A DNA stretch of 46,259 nt. It comes from Candidatus Nomurabacteria bacterium (GTDB lineage: Bacteria > Patescibacteriota > Minisyncoccia > Phycocordibacterales > UBA9973). The notes under the pieces were generated by a model that was not told the origin of the DNA, ran no database searches, and saw nothing but the letters and a program-made list of their open reading frames with translations. Within the stretch, counting starts at the first letter, position 1, and each line of letters begins with the position of its first letter. A program made the translations under genes and the position numbers. The stretch is from contig CAIOXK010000024.1 of the NCBI GenBank assembly GCA_903862255.1, forward strand, positions 1-46,259, read 5' to 3'. Below, one piece after another: positions 9,723 through 19,220 of the stretch.

Positions 9723-10997
9723 TTAAATATTCATCGCTTTCTTACGGCGGTCTTGGTGAAATGTCACTGCAAAACGATGGGCCTCATTATTAGCTAATAA
9801 AATAGCGAATTTATTATTTTCTACTATTTCTTGTTTACCACTAATTGATTTTGCCTTGTGGTGCTCGTCTTTTGTTACTGCAACTACAGGTATTTCTAAT
9901 TGTAGTTCAGCCAAAACCTGCTCAGCTGCATTGATTTGAATAGCATTACCATCTACAACAATTGCTGATGGATATTGCCATTCTGTATGTGACAAACGAC
10001 GAATGAGCATTTCTCGTAATGCACCGGCATCATTAGCCTTATCAAAACCACGAATAATAAATTTACGATATTCATTTTTATTGGCGGCAGAGTTTTCAAC
10101 TACAGTCATCACGCCGACCATATGCTTACCAGAAATATGGGCAATATCGTAAGCCTCTAGGCGAAAAATATTTTCACCACTAGCTCTTTCAAGATCGCGC
10201 CTAATTAATGAAATATCTTGAATGTGTTCTAATGCAAATACTTTTTGTTTTAATATAGCAGCCTCCTCAAAAGCCTCAGCTTTTGCAGCAAAAACCATTT
10301 CTTTTTTTAACCCAGAAATAAGTGGCCTCAATTTACCCTGGAAAATTAATTTAATTCGGCTTATGTTTTTTTTATATTCTTGTACAGCTTCAGTATTTGA
10401 AACGTCTGGGGCTAATGCAATCTGTCGATAAAATACCTCTTTGTCTTTCTGAGCACTTGCGCGGTCGCGGTAGGGGAAAATTTTACGAATAATTTTTAAT
10501 GCTTCACGGATAGAAGGACCGTTAGGGAAAGGACCAAACACTGTGTCATAAGCAGTATTAAATAATCCTAAACGGGGCAATGTAACAGTTTTTGCTTGAC
10601 TATCAATATCTTTTTGTCGAACTAAAATAATACGCGGATAGTCTTCTTTGGTGATTGCGACAATATTAAAACTCTTATCATCTTTTTCTTTAGTGTTGTA
10701 GTACGGCTTATATTTCTTAATTAAATTTGCTTCAAGGATGAGTGCTTCAAGAACTGTCGGTGTAGTTTCGAATGCGACAGTTTCAGTCTTGAATACCATA
10801 TCTACAATATGTGCCCCGCGCGTTTTAATAATATCAGGAGCAAAATATGAACGTACACGATCACGCAACGAAGTAGCCTTACCTATATATAAGACCTCTC
10901 TACCATCATATCCGCTGCCTATTCTTTTTTCGCCAAGCCAGAAATAAACTCCTGGCTCAGCTGGTAACTCCAATGTATTTAACTCTTGACGTATCAT
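9723..10997 (-). CDS. uvrC: Excinuclease ABC subunit C, short form
   Basis: GIY-YIG (PGVY...LYIGKA..LRDRVRSY), UVR coil (FEEAAILK), RNase H-like RLEAYDIAH, VVDG and NEAHRFA; no C-terminal (HhH)2. Confidence 0.9.
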   Translation of the reverse strand: MIRQELNTLELPAEPGVYFWLGEKRIGSGYDGREVLYIGKATSLRDRVRSYFAPDIIKTRGAHIVDMVFKTETVAFETTPTVLEALILEANLIKKYKPYYNTKEKDDKSFNIVAITKEDYPRIILVRQKDIDSQAKTVTLPRLGLFNTAYDTVFGPFPNGPSIREALKIIRKIFPYRDRASAQKDKEVFYRQIALAPDVSNTEAVQEYKKNISRIKLIFQGKLRPLISGLKKEMVFAAKAEAFEEAAILKQKVFALEHIQDISLIRRDLERASGENIFRLEAYDIAHISGKHMVGVMTVVENSAANKNEYRKFIIRGFDKANDAGALREMLIRRLSHTEWQYPSAIVVDGNAIQINAAEQVLAELQLEIPVVAVTKDEHHKAKSISGKQEIVENNKFAILLANNEAHRFAVTFHQDRRKKAMNI

Positions 10998-11038
10998 ATT
11001 ATGAAGGCACTATATCACATTCATAATAAAAGTCTGCG

Positions 11039-12040
11039 TTATTTAATTACACCAATTGTTTTATCTTTTGAGTACTTGGCCTCTGCTTCAATTTTTGCAC
11101 CATTGATAATTTCATCAACATTTTTTGTATTTATTTTCTTTAGATTTGAAGCTGTTGTTTTTATTCTTTCTTCTGTGTACCCAAAAGAAAGTGGTCGGAG
11201 CGTTTTTGGACCTGCAATTCCGTCAAATGCTGACAGATTTGGCATAAAATTATTTTCACTCTCAGTACCTATTTCAATACCAGGAGAATATGTCATATAT
11301 CCATTAAGTGGTCTGCCGCCATTGGCTTTAGTAACAGCCATCTCAGCTATTGCCATAGCTCGCTGAAAAGCCATCTCTCTTTGAACACGAGGAATAAGGT
11401 CTGGGCTCATGTTTGTTGGTACTGTATGTGTACTATTGTACTCATGAATAAAATCATCAATAACCTTATTTGCAAATGCACGAGTATTCATGCGAGGGTC
11501 ATCATGTAGATTTTTACCGTTTACATATGCAACATAGGTATTCCAATCCGTCTTCTCGTCCTTACTTAATTCATCAAAAGCTTCTGCTTTTTGCTTCAAT
11601 GTCTGCAGTGAATCTAATGCCTGTTGTAATGTTTGCTGTGGTGTGATTTTTACCTCTTTCTTCTGGGGATTCTTGTCTGCAGTCATTTTTTCTTGCCCAC
11701 TAGCATGATTGCTTGCAAATATTCCTCCTGCCAAAGTTCCCCACAATGCAACCTTTCGCAATATAGAACTGATTGTTTTTTTATTTGACTCTACTGCGCT
11801 TGAAACAAACTCTGTACCAACAGTATTATCAACGGGTAACGATCGCAAACTGTTATCCATTTTGCCTTTTAAAGAAGCACTCATTTGTGCGGCCTTCTCT
11901 GCATCTTTTACCTCCTGCAATTTATACGCTGCTTTATACATCTCATTGATATCTTCCGGCTTACGAACAACTGACGATTCTGGTGAACTTATTTCTGATT
12001 CTTGTTGGTTTTTTGTTTTTTCCAATGATTCTGCATTCAT
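11039..12040 (-). CDS. Hypothetical protein with internal signal-like segment
   Basis: 333-aa ORF; charged N-terminus, internal RKVALWGTLAGGIFASNHASGQ, C-terminal DGIAGPKT; TGcTATACT 8 nt upstream. Confidence 0.7.
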   Translation of the reverse strand: MNAESLEKTKNQQESEISSPESSVVRKPEDINEMYKAAYKLQEVKDAEKAAQMSASLKGKMDNSLRSLPVDNTVGTEFVSSAVESNKKTISSILRKVALWGTLAGGIFASNHASGQEKMTADKNPQKKEVKITPQQTLQQALDSLQTLKQKAEAFDELSKDEKTDWNTYVAYVNGKNLHDDPRMNTRAFANKVIDDFIHEYNSTHTVPTNMSPDLIPRVQREMAFQRAMAIAEMAVTKANGGRPLNGYMTYSPGIEIGTESENNFMPNLSAFDGIAGPKTLRPLSFGYTEERIKTTASNLKKINTKNVDEIINGAKIEAEAKYSKDKTIGVIK

Positions 12041-12070
12041 ATGTCACCAGTATAGCAAAATCTTGATTTA

Positions 12071-13060
12071 TTACACGTTTTTCACATGTTCAATAATTTC
12101 TTGCCAGATCTCATCACCGCCCATGTCGTGTTCAAAAATAGCATCCTCCGCTTGTAAAAAATAAGCATCCATTGTTTTTTCTACATATGTAAGTGCGCCA
12201 GAATGCCGTAAAACCCGCATTAGTTTTTGCTCTTCATCTTCTGACCACTCTTTAGAAAAATACACATTAAATAGATTACGATCTTCTATACCTGCCTGAT
12301 TAAACATGTACCACGATACTAATGTTTGTTGCCCTTCTTTTATATCATTAAGACAATCTGCAATATCGTCTTGCAATTGAAATGCCATACCCAGATTTAC
12401 AGCATATGACTCAATAAAAGATATATCCCCTTCATCTATACCAGCTAAATACTTACCCATTAGTAGTGGTCTAAAAAATGAATATTGTGCACTTTTAAGG
12501 TATATGCTCCGCAAAATTATTTCCTTTGTAGGGTTTTCATTAGTAATAAGCAAAACATCTAATAACTGCCCGTGGAGCACCTCTGATAGCAATCTTCGAA
12601 ATTCTTTTTTTGTATCATCAATAGTGTACGGTTCAACTATTTCAGCCTGATCGATACATTCTACTGACCATGTTAATACTAAATCTCCGATGAGCATAGC
12701 TACAGACTTACCGATCTCTCTACTATGCTTAAGTTCTGCAACTAAACGATGTAGAGCAACAATACCTCGACGAAAAGATTCATTATCTATAATATCGTCT
12801 TGTATTAGACAAAATAGATGAAGTAGCTCAATACCAGCAAGGAGTGAAAAGATATCGCTTTCACCTCCCTCAGTCATATACCCTACATATGCCATATATG
12901 GACGAAGATACTTACCTCTTTTTGCATACTGAACAATATGTGAACATATCATAGCAATGTCACCGTGACCACTCAGTTGACTAAAATCCTTAATTTTATC
13001 TTCAACCAGTGTACTAAATCTATCTTCGAACCATACTTGAAACTGTTTTAATGTCATCAT
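12071..13060 (-). CDS. Polyprenyl diphosphate synthase (IspA/GGPPS family)
   Basis: GKYLRP, first Asp-rich motif LIQDDIID..FRRG, GQLLD, second motif FQLQDDIAD. Confidence 0.9.
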   Translation of the reverse strand: MMTLKQFQVWFEDRFSTLVEDKIKDFSQLSGHGDIAMICSHIVQYAKRGKYLRPYMAYVGYMTEGGESDIFSLLAGIELLHLFCLIQDDIIDNESFRRGIVALHRLVAELKHSREIGKSVAMLIGDLVLTWSVECIDQAEIVEPYTIDDTKKEFRRLLSEVLHGQLLDVLLITNENPTKEIILRSIYLKSAQYSFFRPLLMGKYLAGIDEGDISFIESYAVNLGMAFQLQDDIADCLNDIKEGQQTLVSWYMFNQAGIEDRNLFNVYFSKEWSEDEEQKLMRVLRHSGALTYVEKTMDAYFLQAEDAIFEHDMGGDEIWQEIIEHVKNV

Positions 13061-13146
13061 TCCCTAATAATAAAAAAATAGTGATCAATCTAATCTCTAT
13101 AAAATATAAAGATTGTATAAAACAATAGGGGTTTAACCCCTGTTAT

Positions 13147-13797
13147 TTAATTCTTGCCAAGTAATCTATATCTTTTCTTATTATTTTTTACTTCTTCTAA
13201 AACCTGGTATGCATATTTTTTATATTCATCTTTAGTCTCAAACTGTTGCAATATAAGACTATGTTTAGTGCAAATACTTCTACCTTGATACTTATAGTCA
13301 ACATACTGACTCCAGCTTGAATAATATTTATAATTAATCGGGGTTAAACCCCTATTGTTTTCCTGATCATCATTTAAGTTAATATACCCAGAAACATACA
13401 ATAAATATTCATTTGTGTTTACATGTTTCGATTTATAGGTAGCCTCAAATAGCGCACCAGATCGTTCATTTTTATTGTTTAAATATAATGTATAACCACC
13501 CTGTAGTCGCTTCATAAACTCACTTATTCCACCATCAACTTCTTGCTGTATCAAAAAATGAAAATGGTTTGGCTGTAATGAATATGCAAGAAAACTCACT
13601 AACGGATTTTTAATAGCAAAACCATTAAGTCGTATTTGCTTATTAAGGCTTTCAACTGGCTCAATATTATTAAATACTATCAATGCGTCGCTAAATCTTT
13701 GTATATCTAAAAAGTCTAAAAAAATATCTCTCTTATCTACACCTCTGTTGTAAATATGATATATCTCTCCAGTAGTAATATTTTTTGGCTTCCTCAT
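13147..13797 (-). CDS. Y1/HUH transposase (RAYT / IS200-like)
   Basis: YHIYNRGVDKRDIF, LAYSLQPNHFH (HUH), RSGALFEATYKS, YINLN (catalytic Tyr region), YYSSW. ATG at 13797 is 9 nt from TGtTACAGT. Confidence 0.88.
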   Translation of the reverse strand: MRKPKNITTGEIYHIYNRGVDKRDIFLDFLDIQRFSDALIVFNNIEPVESLNKQIRLNGFAIKNPLVSFLAYSLQPNHFHFLIQQEVDGGISEFMKRLQGGYTLYLNNKNERSGALFEATYKSKHVNTNEYLLYVSGYINLNDDQENNRGLTPINYKYYSSWSQYVDYKYQGRSICTKHSLILQQFETKDEYKKYAYQVLEEVKNNKKRYRLLGKN

Positions 13798-13841
13798 GTG
13801 CAAAATACTGTAACAAATTATCTTTCAAGTTTTTCTTGATA

Positions 13842-13884
13842 ATAAATAAAAACAAAGGGGTTTAACCCCTTTGTTTTTATTTAT
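13842..13884. repeat. Perfect 21-bp-arm palindrome (REP-like, may also terminate uvrA)
   Basis: ATAAATAAAAACAAAGGGGTT-T-AACCCCTTTGTTTTTATTTAT. Confidence 0.9.
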
Positions 13885-16532
13885 AAAATTTTCTTAAGAT
13901 ATGTTCCGGTGTGAGAATGTTTATTGTTAGCAATTTCCTCTGGTGTGCCCTTTCCTACTACCTTACCACCGTGCACTCCACCCTCTGGGCCGAAATCAAT
14001 CAACCAGTCAGCGGTCTTAATGAGGTCAAGGTTATGCTCAATTACGACAACTGTATTACCTTTTGCAACCAGTCTATTTAATACGCCAATAAGATTTTTG
14101 ACATCGTCATAGTGCAGTCCAACTGTTGGTTCATCGAGTAAGTAAATAGTTTTCTCTAAGTATGGACGATATAGCTCAGATGCGATTTTCACACGCTGTG
14201 CTTCACCACCTGATAATGTTGTTGCAGATTGGCCAAGCTTCACATAATTCAAACCTACATCAGACAATGTTTTCAATCGATCTGAAATTGCTGGAATATC
14301 AGTAAAAAATTCCTGTGCCTCCTCTACAGTAAGCTGTAGGACGTCGTAAATACTTTTCTTTTTGTATTTCACTACCAGAGTCTCCTTATCAAAACGCTTA
14401 CCATTACAAACATCGCACGTTACATAAACAGTTGGGAGAAAGTGCATTTCAACAGCTATTTCTCCATTACCTTCACAAGCTTCACAACGACCACCTTTTA
14501 CGTTAAATGAAAAACGGTTCACTTTCCAGCCACGGAGGCGAGCTTCTTCTGTAGCAGCAAATAGTTCGCGAATATGGGTAAATGCTCCAGTATAGGTAGC
14601 AATGTTTGAACGAGGAGTACGACCAATTGGAGACTGGTCGATCATAATTGCACGAGCAAGATACTCACTGCCAGTAAATGATGCACAGTTAAATACCTTG
14701 GCACTGCGAAGTTTGCGCTCAAAACGAGCCTGCAAATTACTATAAAGTACGTCATACAAGAATGTACTTTTACCTGAACCAGACACGCCAGTAATCGCAA
14801 CTAGTCGCCCCAGCGGCACATCGATATTCAAATTATGAATATTGTGCAAATTTGCTCCAACAATTCTAAGCGTTCCCTTATCTTCACTGCGACGTTTTTC
14901 TGGTACTTCGATTTGCGCCTCCTTACGAAGATATGCAAGTGTACGTGAACCTGAATCATTTTTCTTTGCTGATAATAGTTCATCAAGGTATCCAGATACT
15001 ACTACTTGCCCGCCATGCACGCCTGCTTTTGGGCCAATATCAATAATATAGTCAGATGCATAAATAGTATCTTCATCGTGCTCAACAACAATAATAGTAT
15101 TACCAATATCACGAAGTGCTTCAAGAGTCTTGATCAATCGTTCATTGTCACGTTGGTGCAAACCAATAGTTGGTTCATCAAGTACATACATTGCCCCTAC
15201 TAAACGTGAGCCAAGCTGTGATGCCAAACGAATACGCTGTGCCTCTCCACCAGAGAGCGTATTGGCCGTCCGACTGAGTGCTAAGTATTCTAGTCCTACA
15301 TTCAATAAAAAAGTAAGTCGGTCTTCAATTTCTTTTACAATTACTTTTGCAACTTCTTTATCTTTTGCAGTAAGTTTTAATGAGCCAAAAAAATCAAAGG
15401 CTTCTTCAACTGACATAGCTGTGAGGTCGACAATGTTTGTACCATGCACGCTGCCATCTTTATCTGATTTACTTGCAGACAAAAAAACATTCAACGCTTC
15501 GGGGCGAAGACGCTTGCCATGACATATATCACAGGGTTCTGAGCCACCAAAAAATTTTGTACCTATACCATTACATTCAGGACATGCTCCATACGGACTA
15601 TTAAAAGAAAATAGGCGAGGTTCAATTTCTGGAAAAGAGAAACCATCATTTGGACAAGCAAATTTACTTGAGAGTAGAAATTCCTGTAATAAGTCTGTGT
15701 CCATTGAAAAATCAGGTGACGTTCCAAATGTAATCTGCACTAAACCATCAGCTTCAAGCAGTGCTCGCTCTACTGCCTCAGACAAACGAAGTTCTGCATC
15801 ACGAGGAGTATCTGTAAATTCATGCACAGCAAGTTCGTCCACAAGCACCTCAATAGTGTGCGGAGTAGTTTTATTCATCTCAATTTTTTCGCGGAGGTTT
15901 TTTGTCTTACCGTCTACTCGCACAGTTGAGAAACCGCGACCGAGCAAATCGTACAGTAACTGATAGTACTCACCTTTGCGTCCACGAACAATCGGAGCAT
16001 ACACCTGAATACGAGTATCGTTCCAGGCTACACCCATCACTTCTTTGTTTTTACCTTTTGAAAGTTCTTTGATTTTACCAAGAATAAAACCATTAATTTC
16101 TTCCATTGAAAGTTTCTGAATCAATGTGCCACATACTGGACAATATGCCTTACCTACGCGCGCATAAAGGACGCGCAAGTAGTCGTAGATTTCTGTAATG
16201 GTAGCAACAGTCGAACGAGGATTATTTGATCGAGATTTTTGATCAATTGAAATTGCTGGCGAAAGGCCGGTAATCTCATCAACATCCGGTTTAGGCATTT
16301 GATTTAAAAATTGTCGCGCATACGAGGACAATGACTCAACATAACGACGTTGGCCTTCAGCAAAAATAGTATCAAAGGCAAGAGAACTCTTACCTGACCC
16401 TGACATACCAGTAATAGCCACCATCGCATTACGAGGCATTTCTACTGAAATATTTTTTAAATTATGAGTTCGCGCGCCCTTAACAGTAATAACTTCGGTT
16501 GCACTTCCTATCACTCTGTTTCGTTTTTCCAC
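13881..16532 (-). CDS. uvrA: Excinuclease ABC subunit A
   Basis: Two ABC ATPase modules (GMSGSGKS and GVSGSGKS, LSGGEAQR twice, LDEPT) and CxxC zinc fingers; GTG start. Confidence 0.97.
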   Translation of the reverse strand: MEKRNRVIGSATEVITVKGARTHNLKNISVEMPRNAMVAITGMSGSGKSSLAFDTIFAEGQRRYVESLSSYARQFLNQMPKPDVDEITGLSPAISIDQKSRSNNPRSTVATITEIYDYLRVLYARVGKAYCPVCGTLIQKLSMEEINGFILGKIKELSKGKNKEVMGVAWNDTRIQVYAPIVRGRKGEYYQLLYDLLGRGFSTVRVDGKTKNLREKIEMNKTTPHTIEVLVDELAVHEFTDTPRDAELRLSEAVERALLEADGLVQITFGTSPDFSMDTDLLQEFLLSSKFACPNDGFSFPEIEPRLFSFNSPYGACPECNGIGTKFFGGSEPCDICHGKRLRPEALNVFLSASKSDKDGSVHGTNIVDLTAMSVEEAFDFFGSLKLTAKDKEVAKVIVKEIEDRLTFLLNVGLEYLALSRTANTLSGGEAQRIRLASQLGSRLVGAMYVLDEPTIGLHQRDNERLIKTLEALRDIGNTIIVVEHDEDTIYASDYIIDIGPKAGVHGGQVVVSGYLDELLSAKKNDSGSRTLAYLRKEAQIEVPEKRRSEDKGTLRIVGANLHNIHNLNIDVPLGRLVAITGVSGSGKSTFLYDVLYSNLQARFERKLRSAKVFNCASFTGSEYLARAIMIDQSPIGRTPRSNIATYTGAFTHIRELFAATEEARLRGWKVNRFSFNVKGGRCEACEGNGEIAVEMHFLPTVYVTCDVCNGKRFDKETLVVKYKKKSIYDVLQLTVEEAQEFFTDIPAISDRLKTLSDVGLNYVKLGQSATTLSGGEAQRVKIASELYRPYLEKTIYLLDEPTVGLHYDDVKNLIGVLNRLVAKGNTVVVIEHNLDLIKTADWLIDFGPEGGVHGGKVVGKGTPEEIANNKHSHTGTYLKKIL

Positions 16533-16538
16533 GGATCA

Positions 16539-16564
16539 ATTATAACACGAAAGTCAAACTCTGG
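16539..16564 (-). promoter_or_regulatory. uvrA extended -10 promoter with candidate operator
   Basis: CCAGAgtTTGACtttcgTGtTATAAT, 6 nt before the GTG start; same motif in front of uvrB. Confidence 0.55.
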
Positions 16565-16589
16565 CGACCTGTGGTATTATTACCAACAT

Positions 16590-17042
16590 ATGAACATACC
16601 TCGTGTAGATCACATGGCAATCAGATTTTTTCGCCATATTAGCATTCCACTTGCCCGTATCTCACTTTTTGTTATTTATTTTTGGTTCGGTATATTAAAA
16701 GTTATTGGACTTTCGCCCGCATCAGGACTTGTATATGCACTGTATAATCAAACAATTCCATTTGTGCCATTTCATGCATTCTATTTAGCATTTGCATTAT
16801 TTGAGTGTTTAATTGGTATTCTTTTTCTCATCAAGGGTGCAGAACGTATTGTTATTCCATTACTATTGGCACACTTAATTACTACCATCTTGCCACTTAT
16901 CTTTCTTCCTGATATGGCATGGCAACACTGGTTTGTACCAACTCTTGAAGGTCAATACATCATCAAAAATTTAGCATTGATCACTGCAGCAATTGCAATT
17001 GCTGCACACCTTCACCCTCTGCCACATAAAATTGAGAAATAA
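16590..17042 (+). CDS. DoxX/YkgB-like membrane protein
   Basis: RISLFVIYFWFGILK and PTLEGQYIIKNL motifs, 4 TMs; start at ATG 16590 after TGgTATTAT. Confidence 0.8.
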   Translation: MNIPRVDHMAIRFFRHISIPLARISLFVIYFWFGILKVIGLSPASGLVYALYNQTIPFVPFHAFYLAFALFECLIGILFLIKGAERIVIPLLLAHLITTILPLIFLPDMAWQHWFVPTLEGQYIIKNLALITAAIAIAAHLHPLPHKIEK

Positions 17043-17068
17043 AAAAATGGGGCCAGACCCCATTTTTT
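17042..17068. repeat. GGGG-N5-CCCC hairpin (REP-like / bidirectional terminator)
   Basis: AAAAAATGGGG-CCAGA-CCCCATTTTTT between convergent doxX-like gene and uvrB. Confidence 0.75.
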
Positions 17069-19124
17069 ATGTATTAATATATGTTCTCTCTCGCAACACC
17101 TTAATTTCATCTCGCAATATTGCAGCTGTTTCGAAATCGAGCAACTTTACTGACTCTTTCATCTCATCTTCTTTCATTTTAATTAATTTTTCGATAGGAT
17201 TACGCTTGCCCTTCTTCCCTTTCATATCTTTTTCAAGTTGCGCGAAGAGTTCGATATCAAGCTCAAGCTCTGCATTCACAGCCTTGGCATGAGGACTTTC
17301 CATTCCCTGTGTGATATCAAGAATTTTCTTTTGAATAGTTTTTGGTGTAATGCCGTGCTTTTTATTATATGCCAACTGAATATTACGACGACGAAGTGTT
17401 TCTGCCATCGCACGTTCCATTGAACCAGTCATATTATCAGCGTACAAAATAACACGACCATTTGAGTTACGAGCAGCGCGACCAATTGTTTGAATTAATG
17501 ACACTTCGCTACGCAAAAACCCTTCCTTGTCAGCATCGAGAATACCGATCAATGTTACTTCTGGCATATCAAGCCCTTCGCGGAGCAAGTTAACACCGAT
17601 CAACATATCAAATTCACCCTTACGAAACTGAGTAATAATTTTAATACGATCAATTGTCTTAATGTCACTGTGAATATACGCAGCCTTGATTTTCTTTTCC
17701 TTCAAATAATCTGTCAGGTCTTCAGCCATACGCTTTGTTAGTGTCGTTGCAAGTACGCGACCGCCTTTTGCAATTTCAATTTCTGCCTCATTGATAAAAT
17801 CATGCACTTGTCCGTGATAGTCACCATTTTCAAGAATAGGCCGTACGTCCACCAGCGGATCAACAAGACCAGTAGGTCGAATAATTTGTTCTACCACTTT
17901 TGTCGCATGCTCTAGTTCATACTTGCCTGGCGTAGCAGACACAAAAATTGTATTACCGATGCGCTCTTTAAATTCTTCAAACTTCAATGGGCGGTTATCC
18001 TTTGCACTTGGCAAGCGAAAACCAAAATCCACCAGAGTTTGCTTGCGCGATGCATCACCCGCATACATACCGTGCAATTGTGGAAGTGTTACGTGTGACT
18101 CATCGATAAAAAGCATGAAGTCTGGCGACCCGTCAGCCTTATGTGGGAAGTATGACAACAAAGTCTCTGGTGGTTCTCCAGCTGATTTGCCTGACATATG
18201 ACGAGAGTAGTTTTCGATACCAGAACAGTATCCGATCTCTCGAATCATAGCGAGGTCATAACTTGTACGACGCTTAATGCGCTCTGCTTCAAGTAACTTT
18301 CCTTCTAATTCAAAATGCTTCAACTGTTGATCGAGCTCATGCTTAATATCAGCGATAGCTCGCTCACGTTCGTTTTCATTGGTAATGAAGTGCTTTGTTG
18401 GGAAAATAAAAATAGTTTCTTCGTCATTTATAATACGAGATGATACTGGATCAATTTTCAAAATACTACTCACACTGTTTCCTGAAAATTCAATTGAATA
18501 TTGAAAAGTGTCAGAGATTGGCATTACGTCAACCTTATTTCCTAGCGCACGAAATTGTCCTGACTCTAAATCAGCGTTTGTACGAGTGAAGTGAATACTG
18601 ACTAACTTCTCCATAAACTCTGTACGAGAAATTTTCATACCTTTCTCTACTTTGAAATTTTCTTTTTCATACTCAACTGGAGAGCCCAAGCCGTAAATAC
18701 AGGAAACTGATGCAACAATAATCACATCATTACGAGTAAGCAATGATTGTGTTGTGGCGTGTCGAAGCCGATCAATTTCTTTGTTGATCTGCGCATCTTT
18801 CTCAATGAAAGTGTCTGTTACGGGCATGTATGCCTCTGGCTGATAGTAGTCGTAATACGATACGAAATAGTGCACAGCATTGTTTGGAAAAAATTCCTTA
18901 AACTCAGAAGCTAGTTGAGCGGCCAATGTTTTATTGTGAGCGATAACAAGGGTTGGTTTTTGAATTTCTTTGATGATATTAGCCATCGTAAACGTCTTAC
19001 CAGTCGCAGTTCCACCCAACAGTGTCTGAAACTGCTCGCCGTCTTTTAGGCCTTGTAATAAGCCTTTTATTGCCTTCGGCTGGTCGCCTGCAGGTAGGTA
19101 GTGATCTGATAACTCAAATTTCAT
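17067..19124 (-). CDS. uvrB: Excinuclease ABC subunit B
   Basis: PAGDQP, GTATGKT, YYDYYQPEAY beta-hairpin, DESH, GFRLPSA, QTIGRAARN, C-terminal FETAAILRD. Confidence 0.98.
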   Translation of the reverse strand: MKFELSDHYLPAGDQPKAIKGLLQGLKDGEQFQTLLGGTATGKTFTMANIIKEIQKPTLVIAHNKTLAAQLASEFKEFFPNNAVHYFVSYYDYYQPEAYMPVTDTFIEKDAQINKEIDRLRHATTQSLLTRNDVIIVASVSCIYGLGSPVEYEKENFKVEKGMKISRTEFMEKLVSIHFTRTNADLESGQFRALGNKVDVMPISDTFQYSIEFSGNSVSSILKIDPVSSRIINDEETIFIFPTKHFITNENERERAIADIKHELDQQLKHFELEGKLLEAERIKRRTSYDLAMIREIGYCSGIENYSRHMSGKSAGEPPETLLSYFPHKADGSPDFMLFIDESHVTLPQLHGMYAGDASRKQTLVDFGFRLPSAKDNRPLKFEEFKERIGNTIFVSATPGKYELEHATKVVEQIIRPTGLVDPLVDVRPILENGDYHGQVHDFINEAEIEIAKGGRVLATTLTKRMAEDLTDYLKEKKIKAAYIHSDIKTIDRIKIITQFRKGEFDMLIGVNLLREGLDMPEVTLIGILDADKEGFLRSEVSLIQTIGRAARNSNGRVILYADNMTGSMERAMAETLRRRNIQLAYNKKHGITPKTIQKKILDITQGMESPHAKAVNAELELDIELFAQLEKDMKGKKGKRNPIEKLIKMKEDEMKESVKLLDFETAAILRDEIKVLRERTYINT

Positions 19125-19130
19125 AGCTAT

Positions 19131-19156
19131 AGTATATAGAAGTCGTCAAGATCTGG
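19131..19156 (-). promoter_or_regulatory. uvrB -10 promoter with candidate operator
   Basis: CCAGAtcTTGACgacttctaTATACT, 6 nt before the ATG. Confidence 0.55.
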
Positions 19157-19220
19157 ATATCTATTGATTTTTTTCTTAAAATGTGCTAATATAATTACAG
19201 AAAACAACAAAAAAATAGCC

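Larger units (their letters stand above)
13119..13884. mobile_element. REP-associated tyrosine transposase locus with flanking palindromes
   Basis: HUH transposase with GGGGTTTAACCCC hairpins at 13128-13140 and 13857-13869 and an inverted copy inside the CDS at 13340-13352; very AT-rich; no tnpB nearby. Confidence 0.75.

Noticed and set aside
13119..13884. IS200/IS605 element with TnpB, or a CRISPR-like array
   Set aside because: No TnpB/RuvC ORF is adjacent; repeats are few, irregularly spaced and in mixed orientation; no cas genes.
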